This document shows positions 29,307 through 39,676 of a stretch of 64,000 nucleotides of DNA, piece after piece. A model generated the notes under the pieces. That model did not search any database. It was given only the letters and a program-made list of their open reading frames with translations, and was not told where the DNA came from. Position numbers and translations under genes: made by a program. Within the stretch, counting starts at the first letter, position 1, and each line of letters starts with the position of its first letter. Source of the DNA: Cyanobacteria bacterium P01_A01_bin.123 (lineage in GTDB: Bacteria; Cyanobacteriota; Cyanobacteriia; Phormidesmidales; Phormidesmidaceae); contig JBCBZT010000021.1 of the NCBI GenBank assembly GCA_039815185.1, positions 1 to 64,000 on the forward strand, given 5' to 3'.

Positions 29307-31373
29307 ATGGGAGAATACTCAATCCAACCGGGGAAAAGTCATCCTTTAGGCGCAACAGTTTATCCCAACGGTGTCAACTTTTGCATTTTCTCAAAACAGG
29401 CTGAGGCGTTGGAACTCCTCTTGTTTGAAGAGGCCGAAGTTGCTATGCCGTATCAGGTGATTGCCCTCAATTCAAAAGAGCATCGCACTTTCTACTACTG
29501 GCATGTCTTTGTGGAGCGGATCGGCGCAGGGCAGGTGTATGCTTACCGGGCCTACGGTGAATTCAATCCGTCCCAGGGGTTGCTTTTCGATAGTAGTAAA
29601 GTACTACTCGACCCCTATGCCTGCGCTGTGGTGGGTTGGGAAAGTTACGATCGCCAAGCCGCTATCTCTCCCGGCGACAACTGTGCCCATGCCCTGCGTG
29701 GGGTGGTCGTTGAATCCAGTGATTACAACTGGGAAGACGACAGCCCTCTAGAAATTCCCTACGCAGACAGTGTGATTTATGAACTGCATGTGGGTGGGTT
29801 TACCCGCAATCCGAACTCTGGGGTTGCTCCCCACCGGCGGGGAACCTATGCCGGGCTGATTGAAAAAATTCCTTACCTCAAAGATTTGGGTATCACCGCC
29901 GTTGAACTACTGCCCATTCATCAATTTGATGATCAAGAAGCGCCCCCCGGTTTGACCAACTATTGGGGCTACAGTCCGATTTCGTTTTTTGCTCCTCATA
30001 TTGGCTACAGTTCACGCAAAGACCCGACTGGCCCCCTCGACGAATTTCGCGACATGGTCAAGGCCTTGCACCGGGCTGGCATTGAAGTAATTTTAGATGT
30101 GGTTTTCAACCATACTGCTGAGGGCGATCATCGAGGGCCAACCCTATCTTTTAAGGGTTTAGACAACCAGGCTTACTATATGCTGGAAGCTGATAATCCC
30201 TCTCAGTACAGCAATTACAGCGGTTGCGGCAATACGCTCAAGGCTAACCATGAAATTGCTGGCCGCTTAATCTTAGATTCGTTGCGCTACTGGGTGGCTG
30301 AAATGCACGTTGATGGGTTTCGGTTTGATTTGGCCTCAGTATTGTCCCGTAGTCGTACAGGTCGTCCTATGGAGGATCCACCGATTCTTTGGGTGATCGA
30401 ATCTGACCCGATTTTGGCTGGCACGAAAATTATCGCTGAGGCCTGGGACGCAGCAGGGCTGTATCAAGTAGGGACGTTTATCGGCGATCGCTTTGCAGAA
30501 TGGAACGGCCCTTATCGTGATGAAGTACGGCAGTTTGTCAAAGCCAATAAGGACATGGTGAGCAAGCTAGCCGCTCGAATTATGGCCAGTCCTGACATCT
30601 ACCACAAACCCGATCGTGAACCCAATCGCAGCATCAACTTCATTACCTGCCATGACGGTTTCACCCTCAATGATGTGGTGTCGTTCAATGACAAACACAA
30701 CGAAGCCAATCGAGAGGATAATCGCGACGGCAGCAATGATAATCACAGTTGGAATTGTGGGATCGAAGGCCCCACGGATGATGCCAACATCGAGTACCTG
30801 CGGCAACAGCAAATCAAAAACTTTTTAACCATTTTGCTCATGTCCCAGGGGACACCCATGTTGCTGATGGGGGATGAAGTGCGGCGATCGCAGGGGGGCA
30901 ATAATAACGCCTATTGCCAAGATAATGAGCTGAGCTGGTTCGACTGGGACTTGCTTGCCAAAAATGCAGGGCTGCTGCGCTTTACCCAAGGGCTGATTGA
31001 GTTTATCCAAAGCCATGATGTCTTTCGCCACGAGTACATTCTTCACATCGGTGCTGATCCTCAACTGCCTTACATCGAGTGGCATGGGGTTAAACTACAT
31101 GCCCCTGATTTGAACGATTACTCTCACACGCTGGCTTATACCCTGGGTTACGGACAACAAGAGCGACTGCACATCATGTTCAATTCCTATTGGGAACCCC
31201 TAACCTTTCAACTTCCCCCTTCAAAACAAAGCAAGCGCTGGCATTGCCTGGTAGATACAGCTTTACCCTCACCTAAGGACTTTCAACCCGTCGCGATCGC
31301 GACCAGGGTCAGCACTAGCACCTATGACACCCATGCCCGGTCTGCTGTTGTGCTGATCGAGTTGGAGAATTGA
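29307..31373 (+). CDS. glgX: Glycogen debranching enzyme
   Basis: YELHVGGF, NYWGY, DVVFNH, DGFRFDLA, AEAWD, CHDGFTL. Confidence 0.96.
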   Translation: MGEYSIQPGKSHPLGATVYPNGVNFCIFSKQAEALELLLFEEAEVAMPYQVIALNSKEHRTFYYWHVFVERIGAGQVYAYRAYGEFNPSQGLLFDSSKVLLDPYACAVVGWESYDRQAAISPGDNCAHALRGVVVESSDYNWEDDSPLEIPYADSVIYELHVGGFTRNPNSGVAPHRRGTYAGLIEKIPYLKDLGITAVELLPIHQFDDQEAPPGLTNYWGYSPISFFAPHIGYSSRKDPTGPLDEFRDMVKALHRAGIEVILDVVFNHTAEGDHRGPTLSFKGLDNQAYYMLEADNPSQYSNYSGCGNTLKANHEIAGRLILDSLRYWVAEMHVDGFRFDLASVLSRSRTGRPMEDPPILWVIESDPILAGTKIIAEAWDAAGLYQVGTFIGDRFAEWNGPYRDEVRQFVKANKDMVSKLAARIMASPDIYHKPDREPNRSINFITCHDGFTLNDVVSFNDKHNEANREDNRDGSNDNHSWNCGIEGPTDDANIEYLRQQQIKNFLTILLMSQGTPMLLMGDEVRRSQGGNNNAYCQDNELSWFDWDLLAKNAGLLRFTQGLIEFIQSHDVFRHEYILHIGADPQLPYIEWHGVKLHAPDLNDYSHTLAYTLGYGQQERLHIMFNSYWEPLTFQLPPSKQSKRWHCLVDTALPSPKDFQPVAIATRVSTSTYDTHARSAVVLIELEN

Positions 31374-31416
31374 GTGGGAACTCACGCCCCCTATAACCCC
31401 CGTCCGGACTGCCCAG

Positions 31417-31432
31417 GTTCGGTAACCCCCCC
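31417..31432 (+). promoter_or_regulatory. K-box-like element upstream of dnaK
   Basis: GTTCGG-TAAC-CCCCCC against the cyanobacterial K-box GTTCGG-NNAN-CCNNAC (one mismatch), about 60 bp upstream of the ATG. Confidence 0.5.
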
Positions 31433-31494
31433 TTCAGAGAATCGAAGCTGGTTAGCACTATATAAATAGCTGTCAAGCCGGAGCAAACAAAAAT

Positions 31495-33411
31495 ATGGCA
31501 AAAGTGGTTGGGATTGACTTAGGAACAACCAATTCCTGTGTTGCGGTAATGGAAGGGGGCAAGCCCACCGTTATCGCTAACGCTGAAGGATTTCGAACAA
31601 CGCCGTCTGTCGTCGCCTATGCGAAAAACGGCGATCGCCTCGTGGGGCAAATCGCTAAACGTCAGGCGGTGATGAACCCTGTTAACACCTTTTACTCTGT
31701 CAAGCGCTTCATTGGTCGTCGCTTTGATGAGGTTACCAATGAGGCCACCGAGGTTGCCTATGGCGTCCTGAATTCTGGCGGCAACGTCCGCATCGAATCT
31801 TCAAACGCGGATAAGCAGTTTGCCCCAGAGGAGATTTCGGCCCAAGTTTTGCGCAAACTGATTGAAGATGCCAGCAAGTACATTGGCGAAACGATCACCC
31901 AAGCGGTGATTACAGTTCCCGCCTATTTCAACGACTCCCAGCGTCAAGCTACCAAAGACGCAGGCAAAATTGCCGGGGTTGAAGTTCTCCGCATCATCAA
32001 TGAACCGACGGCTGCATCCCTAGCCTATGGCCTCGATAAAAAGAGCAACGAAACCATTTTGGTCTTCGACCTTGGGGGGGGTACCTTCGACGTCTCTGTG
32101 CTGGAAGTGGGCGATGGCGTATTTGAAGTACTCTCCACCTCTGGAGACACTCACCTGGGTGGTGACGACTTCGATAAGAAAATCGTAGATTATCTGGCCC
32201 AAGAGTTCCAAAAACAAGAGGGCATGGATCTGCGCAAAGATAAGCAGGCCCTCCAGCGCCTCACCGAAGCCGCTGAGAAAGCTAAAATCGAGCTCTCCAG
32301 CGCCACCCAAGCTGAAATCAACCTGCCCTTCATCACTGCGACTCAAGACGGCCCTAAGCACTTAGACACGGTTCTCACCCGCGCTAAGTTTGAAGAGCTG
32401 GCTGATGACTTGATTGAGCGTTGTCGCATTCCGGTGGAAAACGCGGTTAAAGACGCCAAAATTGACAAGAGTGCCATCGACGAAGTGGTGCTAGTTGGGG
32501 GATCAACCCGGATTCCCGCAGTGCAAGAGCTGGTGAAACGCGTCTTGGGCAAAGATCCCAATCAAAGCGTTAACCCCGATGAAGTGGTTGCAGTCGGTGC
32601 CGCGATTCAGGCTGGCGTTCTGGCTGGGGAAGTTAAAGACATCTTGCTGCTCGACGTCACACCGTTGTCCCTGGGTGTAGAAACCTTAGGGGGTGTGATG
32701 ACTAAGCTAATTCCTCGCAACACCACGGTACCCACCAAGAAGTCTGAGGTGTTCTCAACTGCCGTGGATAGCCAAACTAATGTAGAAATTCACGTGCTCC
32801 AGGGTGAGCGGGAAATGTCCAATGACAACAAGAGTCTGGGGACTTTCCGACTCGACGGCATTCCCCCAGCTCCTCGTGGTGTGCCCCAAATTGAAGTGAT
32901 CTTTGATATCGACGCCAACGGGATTTTGAACGTGACGGCGAAAGACAAGGGCACTGGCAAGGAGCAATCCATCAGCATTACTGGTGCCTCTACGCTCTCT
33001 GATACCGAAGTCGAGCGCATGGTTAAAGACGCTGAGAGCAACGCTGAAGTGGATAAAGCACGGCGCGAAAATATCGATCTGAAGAACCAAGCCGATTCCC
33101 TCTGCTACCAAGCTGAAAAGCAAATGGGCGAAATTGGGGATAAGGTTTCTGACGACGAGAAATCTAAAGTTGAAAGCCAGGTGAAAGATCTGCGAGAAGC
33201 CCTCAACAGCGAAGACTTCGAAAAGATCAAGAGCCTCACCACCGAGCTGCAACAGACCCTGTATACCATTAGCAGCAACATCTACCAGCAGGCAGGGGGT
33301 GAACCTGGAGCTGAAGGTGCTGCACCCGGGGCTGACCCGACCACGGATGCAGCAGCCAGCGAAGGTGGCGAAGATGTGATTGATGCAGAATTCTCTGAAC
33401 CTGAGAAGTAG
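31495..33411 (+). CDS. dnaK: Molecular chaperone DnaK (DnaK2 type)
   Basis: [26 protein letters not shown]-terminal DVIDAEFSE. Confidence 0.99.
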   Translation: MAKVVGIDLGTTNSCVAVMEGGKPTVIANAEGFRTTPSVVAYAKNGDRLVGQIAKRQAVMNPVNTFYSVKRFIGRRFDEVTNEATEVAYGVLNSGGNVRIESSNADKQFAPEEISAQVLRKLIEDASKYIGETITQAVITVPAYFNDSQRQATKDAGKIAGVEVLRIINEPTAASLAYGLDKKSNETILVFDLGGGTFDVSVLEVGDGVFEVLSTSGDTHLGGDDFDKKIVDYLAQEFQKQEGMDLRKDKQALQRLTEAAEKAKIELSSATQAEINLPFITATQDGPKHLDTVLTRAKFEELADDLIERCRIPVENAVKDAKIDKSAIDEVVLVGGSTRIPAVQELVKRVLGKDPNQSVNPDEVVAVGAAIQAGVLAGEVKDILLLDVTPLSLGVETLGGVMTKLIPRNTTVPTKKSEVFSTAVDSQTNVEIHVLQGEREMSNDNKSLGTFRLDGIPPAPRGVPQIEVIFDIDANGILNVTAKDKGTGKEQSISITGASTLSDTEVERMVKDAESNAEVDKARRENIDLKNQADSLCYQAEKQMGEIGDKVSDDEKSKVESQVKDLREALNSEDFEKIKSLTTELQQTLYTISSNIYQQAGGEPGAEGAAPGADPTTDAAASEGGEDVIDAEFSEPEK

Positions 33412-33513
33412 ATCTAATTTGCATCGGAGCGTTTCGTTTAGAGGACGCTCCGATGTCACTGCTTTGGAATGCTTCTATGGGTTTGAGATAACACCTTGCT
33501 CCGGCGAGCAAGA

Positions 33514-33542
33514 GGCGGATGGCGATTGCTGTCCGCTTTTTT
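33514..33542 (+). terminator. Terminator downstream of dnaK
   Basis: GGCGGATGGC-gatt-GCTGTCCGCT followed by a T run. A second hairpin lies at about 33422-33455. Confidence 0.65.
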
Positions 33543-33644
33543 GCGTTTTCCGACAGATTGCTAAGTTTGGTGATCGAGTTTGGTTCAGTAGGGGGCCTCT
33601 CCGTTAAAACGAGATCAGAGGTTGGGCTGTAGTATCAAACGCCT

Positions 33645-34586
33645 ATGTCTGATTTCGCATTGGCTTCCACAGAATCGCTGAGGGCAGACACCATGGGGAC
33701 TGCCCCAAAGGGTGCTGTTGAAACCTTGCGAGACCAGATGCAAATTGCTTTGGCGATCGCCGATGGAACCCGCCTGCGATCGCTGCTCACCGAGAGCAGA
33801 CCCAGTGTGGTTGAATCTCACCAAATTGGTACAGTGTCGGCCAATATCGGTGTGCCCATAGAAGGCAGCAGCGATGTCACCCTAGATGGGGTCGTACACT
33901 ACGAGCTCATTCACTGTGTACTAGCCCAACATGCGCCTCCAGTTGGCGTTGGATCCTATGGCGATAGGCCACCAGCGTCAGCCTTTGATCACCGCGCTTA
34001 CGCCCAGATTACCCAGTTCCAATCTGAGTTAAAAAATTTGGCTCAGAACGTGCCTCTTTCTCAAGCGATCGCGCTGCTGACCCACGCCGGATTCGACTCG
34101 CAGCAAATCTCGACCATTCTGCATTTGCCTCACCAAGGGTGGTACAAATCCTGGTGGTACGGTTCAGACGACCAGGGCAGGTTTAATCGCCCCTTTCAGC
34201 GTTGGTTTAGGTCACGGCACTTTGCAGACGGTACGTTCAGCTTGCAATACCGAGACTTTTACCCCCAGGAAGCCCCACCCTGCTTTAAGAGTGAAATTCG
34301 GATGCTGCCAGTGGTGATTCAGGCGGCTAGCCTTAACTTTCGCGAAACGCTGCGACTGGTGAATCAAGCCCGCAATGCCTTTCACAGTGAAGGGGCAATT
34401 TTAATTTGCGATCGCTTGTCGGATTTAGAGTTGCAGGGCTACCTCTGCCAGGGCGTTAGCATCTATGGCGCACACGAATTGTTGTCCCCTAGCGTTGTCA
34501 ATTGCGCTGAGTGTATCCAACACACTTGTCCCCTCCAGGGCGAGGCAGATTCCCCTGTAGAAAAGTGTAAGCAGTTTGTGGTCTAG
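33645..34586 (+). CDS. Hypothetical protein with C-terminal four-Cys cluster
   Basis: 313 aa ORF ending CAEC-x4-CP-x11-C. Confidence 0.7.
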   Translation: MSDFALASTESLRADTMGTAPKGAVETLRDQMQIALAIADGTRLRSLLTESRPSVVESHQIGTVSANIGVPIEGSSDVTLDGVVHYELIHCVLAQHAPPVGVGSYGDRPPASAFDHRAYAQITQFQSELKNLAQNVPLSQAIALLTHAGFDSQQISTILHLPHQGWYKSWWYGSDDQGRFNRPFQRWFRSRHFADGTFSLQYRDFYPQEAPPCFKSEIRMLPVVIQAASLNFRETLRLVNQARNAFHSEGAILICDRLSDLELQGYLCQGVSIYGAHELLSPSVVNCAECIQHTCPLQGEADSPVEKCKQFVV

Positions 34587-34715
34587 CTGCCAGCAAGTGC
34601 TGTCAATTTTGCCAAAAGCCAGCATAGTAGAGGAGTCGGATGTGCGCCTCAGACTGAGTCATCGCACGCTTCTATTGTCTTCTCAGGCTACCCTTGACAA
34701 TCCATCGCCTCATCC

Positions 34716-36056
34716 ATGAAGTTCCCTCTCATTAAATTTTTCAAACGTCCCCTGCCGTGGCTGATCGGCGGTATTCTGATTGGCCTGGTGGCGATCGCGG
34801 CCATTATTCCCCTAACCCTGCGTAATCGATTTTCAGCCTATGACGTCAACGACTACACCGTTGAAGCGACAGAAGCGGCCCTGAAGGTGCGGGTCACCGC
34901 TAGCGGCACGGTGCAGCCCATCCAAACCGTTAACCTTAGCCCCAAAAACGCCGGGATTGTCGTAGAACTCTATGTGGAACAGGGGGATGCCGTCGTTCAG
35001 GGACAGATTATTGCCCGCATGGACAATGATGATCTGCAGGCCGAGCTACAGCAGGGTAGGGCGAGTCTGGCTGAGGCTCAAGCCCAGCTGCAAGATGTGC
35101 AAGATGGCAACCGTCCTGAAGAAATCGCTCAGGCTGCTGCAGCTGTTGATGCGGCGGCGGCTCAACTCCGCGATGCTGAAGCCCGCTTAGCCTTGGCCGA
35201 TCAACGGCTTGCACGCAATCAAGATATGGCCTTACGGGGTGCTATTTCAGAAAACGAACTCGATGGATTTGTCAATGAGAGCCGCAGTGCTATAGCTGGG
35301 GTCGATCAGGCAGAATCGCGTCTGCTTGAAGCTCAAGAAAGACTGGCCGATCTGCGATCGCAACCCGAAGATACTGAGATCGCTGCTGCTGCCGCTCGCG
35401 TGGATCAAGCTCAGGCCCAAATCGACGCGATCCAAGTCCGGATTGAAGACACCATTATTCGAGCCCCTTTCTCTGGCATTGTCACTCAAAAGTTTGCCAC
35501 CCTTGGCGCTTTTGTAACCCCAACAACCACTGCGTCTGAAGCGACTTCGGCGACATCCACCGCGATTGTAGCGCTGGCTGACGGCTTAGAAGTGGTGGCC
35601 GAAGTCCCCGAAGCCGATATTGATCAAATCCAACCGGGTCAGGCGGTCGAAATCCAAGCGGATGCCTTCCCCGATGACACCTTTAATGGCAAAGTGCATC
35701 TCATCGCTCCTGAAGCGATCGAACAGCAAAACGTCACCCTGTTTCAAGTCCGTATTGATCTAACTACAGGTACAGACAAGCTCTTATCTAACATGAATGT
35801 TGACGTCGCCTTTATCGGTGATGCTATCGAAGCTGCTATCGTCATCCCCACCGTCGCCATCATTACTCAAAACGGTCAACCCGGTGTGATTGTCCCCGGT
35901 GAGCAAAACCGCATCAGCTTCCGTCCGGTGACCCTCGGATCCCAAGCTGGAGACGAAATTCAGATCATCGAAGGCGTCACCTTAGGCGATCGCGTTTTTA
36001 TCGATCTCCCGCCAGGGCAGCGATTAGAGAATTTAACATTTGGTCAGGAGGAGTAG
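34716..36056 (+). CDS. Efflux RND/ABC periplasmic adaptor (membrane fusion protein)
   Basis: N-terminal TM, VNLSPKNAG, coiled coil, IRAPFSGIV, RPVTLG. Confidence 0.92.
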   Translation: MKFPLIKFFKRPLPWLIGGILIGLVAIAAIIPLTLRNRFSAYDVNDYTVEATEAALKVRVTASGTVQPIQTVNLSPKNAGIVVELYVEQGDAVVQGQIIARMDNDDLQAELQQGRASLAEAQAQLQDVQDGNRPEEIAQAAAAVDAAAAQLRDAEARLALADQRLARNQDMALRGAISENELDGFVNESRSAIAGVDQAESRLLEAQERLADLRSQPEDTEIAAAAARVDQAQAQIDAIQVRIEDTIIRAPFSGIVTQKFATLGAFVTPTTTASEATSATSTAIVALADGLEVVAEVPEADIDQIQPGQAVEIQADAFPDDTFNGKVHLIAPEAIEQQNVTLFQVRIDLTTGTDKLLSNMNVDVAFIGDAIEAAIVIPTVAIITQNGQPGVIVPGEQNRISFRPVTLGSQAGDEIQIIEGVTLGDRVFIDLPPGQRLENLTFGQEE

Positions 36057-36116
36057 GCCGTTGACCTCTTTCGGTTCATCATCCAAAATCCGTTTTACCC
36101 CTGACGCGCTTGCACC

Positions 36117-38534
36117 CTATCCCTGACGCGGCCTTTCCCGCTGACGCTTGCTAACCAGATTGTGTTCAGCATCAGCGATCGCCCAAGCGGTCTCTCTCAA
36201 AGATTGGAAATCGACGGAAAGCGCGGTGATTCCCCACTGAACCAGGTCTTGAATCAGCCTGGGATTACGACTGGGCATCGCACCACATAAGGTTGTGGGC
36301 ACACCCGCTTGTCTTGCCGTGCGGATGATTTGGGCGATCGCGCCCATCACTGCAGGATGGCCTTGATTAAATAAATCGGCAAAGGCCGGTTGGTCTCGAT
36401 CAATACCCAACATCAATTGAATTAAATCGTTGCTGCCAATAGCAATCCCTTGGGCACCCGCAGCCACATAATCGGATAGTAAAAATAGCACTGACGGGAC
36501 TTCTGCCATGATCCACAGCTGAAACTGTGAAGCTTGAAAGAGTCGAGCCTTTTCCACCCGCTGGCGGCAGAATTGAAACTCCTCCACAGTGCGGACAAAG
36601 GGCAGTATCAGCTGTAGGTTGGTGCATCCGGCCTGCTGAGCTGCGGCCAAAGCCTCTAGTTCCAAATCAAATAAATCCGGGTGTTGCTGGATACTAAAAG
36701 TGCCCCGAATGTCTAAGGCAGGATTAGTGGACGGGGTGGGATTGCCCTTGAGCTGTTGGAACTCATGGGGGCGCAAATCTAAAGCCCGATAGCGCACGGG
36801 GCGTGGTGAAAACTTGCGGGCAATATCAATCAATAGCTGGCTGAGGCGGTTGGTCAGTTCGGCACGATGGTCAAAGGCTGTCCCTTGGGGATGATCGCGC
36901 CGGGTTAGCCAAGCTTGTGGATGATAGCCATCTAAATGAGGCAACAGCAGCAGTTCTGCCCTAATTAAGCCAACCCCATCAATCGGAAGACGATGGATGT
37001 TTTGCGCCAAGGTCTCAATCTGACTCACCGTGACCATCAGTTGTGTCGTCAATGGCACAGGGGGAAATTGACTCGAACGGGGATCGGCAGCATGCCTGAG
37101 GCGCTTTGAGTCAGTGGCTTTAGACAATTGGGCACGATCGGCGGGATAAATCGCACCGCGATCGGCATCGAGTAAAATCGTCTTCCCGGTCACAATCACA
37201 TCCGTTGCCTGGGGCACACCCACAACGGCAGGAATCCCCAATTCTCTTGCTAAAATCGCGGCATGGGAGGTGAATCCACCCCGTTCTGCAATTAAGCCAG
37301 CACTGCCTTTGAGATAGGTAATCCAGTCGGGTTGGATCGATTTGGCAACAACAATCCGCCCGAGGGGCAAGGGAATCACTGGCAAATTGTTATCTGTGAG
37401 TACCACGGCTGGGGCAATCACGGAGCCAGGCGCCACCCCGAGGCCCTGGGCTAAAGTAACGGTAGGAATTTCAGGCTTTATGGGGATGAAGGTTTGCCGC
37501 TGCAAGCCGACAGAGTTGAGGTATCCCTGGGTTAGATAGAGCTGAGTGGGGTGAGTTCCTATTTCTGTCGCCTTGTCTAGGGCAAATAGCCATTCCACGG
37601 TAATGGGTTTACCCAAGGTCTTGGCAGCAGTCTGCAAAGCGTCCCGCAGCATTGTGAGCTGATCAGGCGTGAGCGTTGGCGTCGTCGCGGTGTGCAAGCT
37701 TGTTGGGGTGAGATAGGCTAAGTCCTGTGCCTGGGTTACAGCGTTGATCGTCGTTGCCAAGGGCTGACTGGAGTCAGCAACGCCAGCATCAGAACTATGA
37801 GCACCTTGCCAAGCCAAGGTTTGATGCCCAGCAGTATGAGCCTGGAGGGTTGAACCTTGGAATGTGTATCGCGTGGGGACAGCTTCACCTCGGGTAAGGG
37901 CCTGCCCTAGGCCCATCACAACCTTAACTTCAGTCATCTCAGAAGTGACTGTAGCCACGCCAGCCGCGATCGCCGCCGATAGGGGCTGAATCATAACGGC
38001 TAAGCGGACGTTTTGTAAGGCAACGGGCGAGCGCTGCCAATAGAGCAAACTTTTCGCACTAAAAAGCTTTGCCCAGAGTGCCTGCACCCCCTGCTGCAAG
38101 GCAGTCGGCTGTTGCCAACACACTACAGCCCCTAACAGCCCTGAGACTTGTTGTTCTAACAAGGGATTCATGTTTCCTAGAACGCTGAATGAGGGGCGCA
38201 AAATGGCGGCAGGGGTTTGGATCTGGCGGCTAATCGGCTCAAGATTAAGGGGGAAATCGGCTTGCAGAATCGCTTGCTGAATCCGCTGGGCCACCTGTTG
38301 TAGTTGCCAAGGATTAGAGACATCCAGTCTCAGTGATGAACTCGGAAAATCCCGAAACAGCGGATCAGGGTGCTTGAGCGTAGCCAAGAATTGACTCAAC
38401 TGCTCAGCCGAAATCACCCAACCCGGCAGAATTGGCAGGTTGGCAGCCATCAGTCGGTTCAAAGCTAATGCTTTGTCCCCGGCCCAAACTCGATCACGCG
38501 GGAGAAGCTGATGCAGGGAGCGAAATTGAGCCAT
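36117..38534 (-). CDS. PEP synthase/PPDK-like PEP-utilising protein
   Basis: GGFTSHAAILARELGIPAVVG His domain; DGVGLIRAE, MAEVPS, IGSNDL, LCG TIM barrel. Confidence 0.85.
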   Translation of the reverse strand: MAQFRSLHQLLPRDRVWAGDKALALNRLMAANLPILPGWVISAEQLSQFLATLKHPDPLFRDFPSSSLRLDVSNPWQLQQVAQRIQQAILQADFPLNLEPISRQIQTPAAILRPSFSVLGNMNPLLEQQVSGLLGAVVCWQQPTALQQGVQALWAKLFSAKSLLYWQRSPVALQNVRLAVMIQPLSAAIAAGVATVTSEMTEVKVVMGLGQALTRGEAVPTRYTFQGSTLQAHTAGHQTLAWQGAHSSDAGVADSSQPLATTINAVTQAQDLAYLTPTSLHTATTPTLTPDQLTMLRDALQTAAKTLGKPITVEWLFALDKATEIGTHPTQLYLTQGYLNSVGLQRQTFIPIKPEIPTVTLAQGLGVAPGSVIAPAVVLTDNNLPVIPLPLGRIVVAKSIQPDWITYLKGSAGLIAERGGFTSHAAILARELGIPAVVGVPQATDVIVTGKTILLDADRGAIYPADRAQLSKATDSKRLRHAADPRSSQFPPVPLTTQLMVTVSQIETLAQNIHRLPIDGVGLIRAELLLLPHLDGYHPQAWLTRRDHPQGTAFDHRAELTNRLSQLLIDIARKFSPRPVRYRALDLRPHEFQQLKGNPTPSTNPALDIRGTFSIQQHPDLFDLELEALAAAQQAGCTNLQLILPFVRTVEEFQFCRQRVEKARLFQASQFQLWIMAEVPSVLFLLSDYVAAGAQGIAIGSNDLIQLMLGIDRDQPAFADLFNQGHPAVMGAIAQIIRTARQAGVPTTLCGAMPSRNPRLIQDLVQWGITALSVDFQSLRETAWAIADAEHNLVSKRQRERPRQG

Positions 38535-38855
38535 ATTGCAAGAGTCGGACACAAGGGTGATGGCGAGTGATGTATTTACTGTCACTCAATCGGTTCAAGC
38601 AGGCAATGATAAAGCTAGGAGTTGGCCAAGCTAAATCTGACAGGCCGTTAACCACTTTGATGTGAGTCAAGGGTAAGGCTTAAGGGGTAAGGGATAAAGC
38701 CATCTCCTGTCAAAATCAAGTTGGTGGAGCACTAGGCCCAAGTCAGCGCTAATCCTGCCATGTTTGAGTTAGGTAGCCAGCCCAGTTAGGTAACCACCCA
38801 ATAGTTTTGTTCTGTTCTTAACATCTATACCTATTATCTTCTCAAAGGGAATCTC

Positions 38856-39542
38856 ATGGGGTCAAAGCATTGGTCTCCGTTCAAACCAATTTTGCAGCTG
38901 TTTTTGACAGCACCCTGCCCGGGTTGCGATCGCCCAATTTCAAGGACTTTGTGTGCAACCTGTGAGCAGCAACTGCAACAGTGCGCCTTGGCTAAACCGG
39001 CAGCAACTTGGCGGGGGAGTCTGCCTCTGTTTGCTTGGGGGAGATATGAGGGAAAGCTGCGTCAGGCGATCGCGGCGTTGAAATATCACAATCATCCCCA
39101 GCTCGCTGATGATTTGGGCAATCGGATGGCCAAAAGCTGGCGCACCCAATCCTTGAGTCGAAATTTATGTTCACCACCCATCGTCGTGCCGGTGCCGCTG
39201 CATCCCGCTCGCGCTCAAGAACGAGGCTACAATCAAGCGGCGCTCTTAGCGCGGGCCTTTTGCCAACGCATCCAGTTACCCTTAGCTGAGCAGGGGCTAT
39301 CTCGATGTCGCGCAACGGAAGCCCAGTTTGGGCTATCCGCCTCAGCCCGTCAGCAAAATCTAGCCGGGGCCTTTCAACTGTGCGATCGCTGGCAACGGCA
39401 CCCCCCTCAACGACCTGTGTTACTGCTAGATGACATTTATACCACTGGATCTACTGTGCAAGCTGCGGCTCAAACCCTGAGAAGCGCAAGCATTTCAGTC
39501 ATCGGTACGGTTGTTTTGGCACGGGCCATCAAAGCCGACTGA
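38856..39542 (+). CDS. comF: ComF family protein
   Basis: CPGC..CATC Zn ribbon, VPVPLH, ERGYNQA, LLLDDIYTTGST. Confidence 0.92.
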   Translation: MGSKHWSPFKPILQLFLTAPCPGCDRPISRTLCATCEQQLQQCALAKPAATWRGSLPLFAWGRYEGKLRQAIAALKYHNHPQLADDLGNRMAKSWRTQSLSRNLCSPPIVVPVPLHPARAQERGYNQAALLARAFCQRIQLPLAEQGLSRCRATEAQFGLSASARQQNLAGAFQLCDRWQRHPPQRPVLLLDDIYTTGSTVQAAAQTLRSASISVIGTVVLARAIKAD

Positions 39543-39676
39543 GCCTCGTAACTGTCCGCCCGTAACTGTCTGTATGATGGGGAGCATGCTCCGTGTTCTA
39601 AACCTGCTTAGATAGGCAGTCTTAGATATTCAGTCACGGTTGCGGTTTATTCTTCTCGTGGAGGGGTTGCGTTGGT

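Noticed and set aside
31403..31408. Other TCCGGA hexamers (upstream of dnaK and at about 48528) as DIF1 promoters
   Set aside because: A 6-mer is expected by chance, and there is no supporting downstream element.
32020..33459. Long antisense ORFs (113 and 234 aa) opposite dnaK
   Set aside because: Known shadow ORFs arising from dnaK codon bias; no independent motifs.
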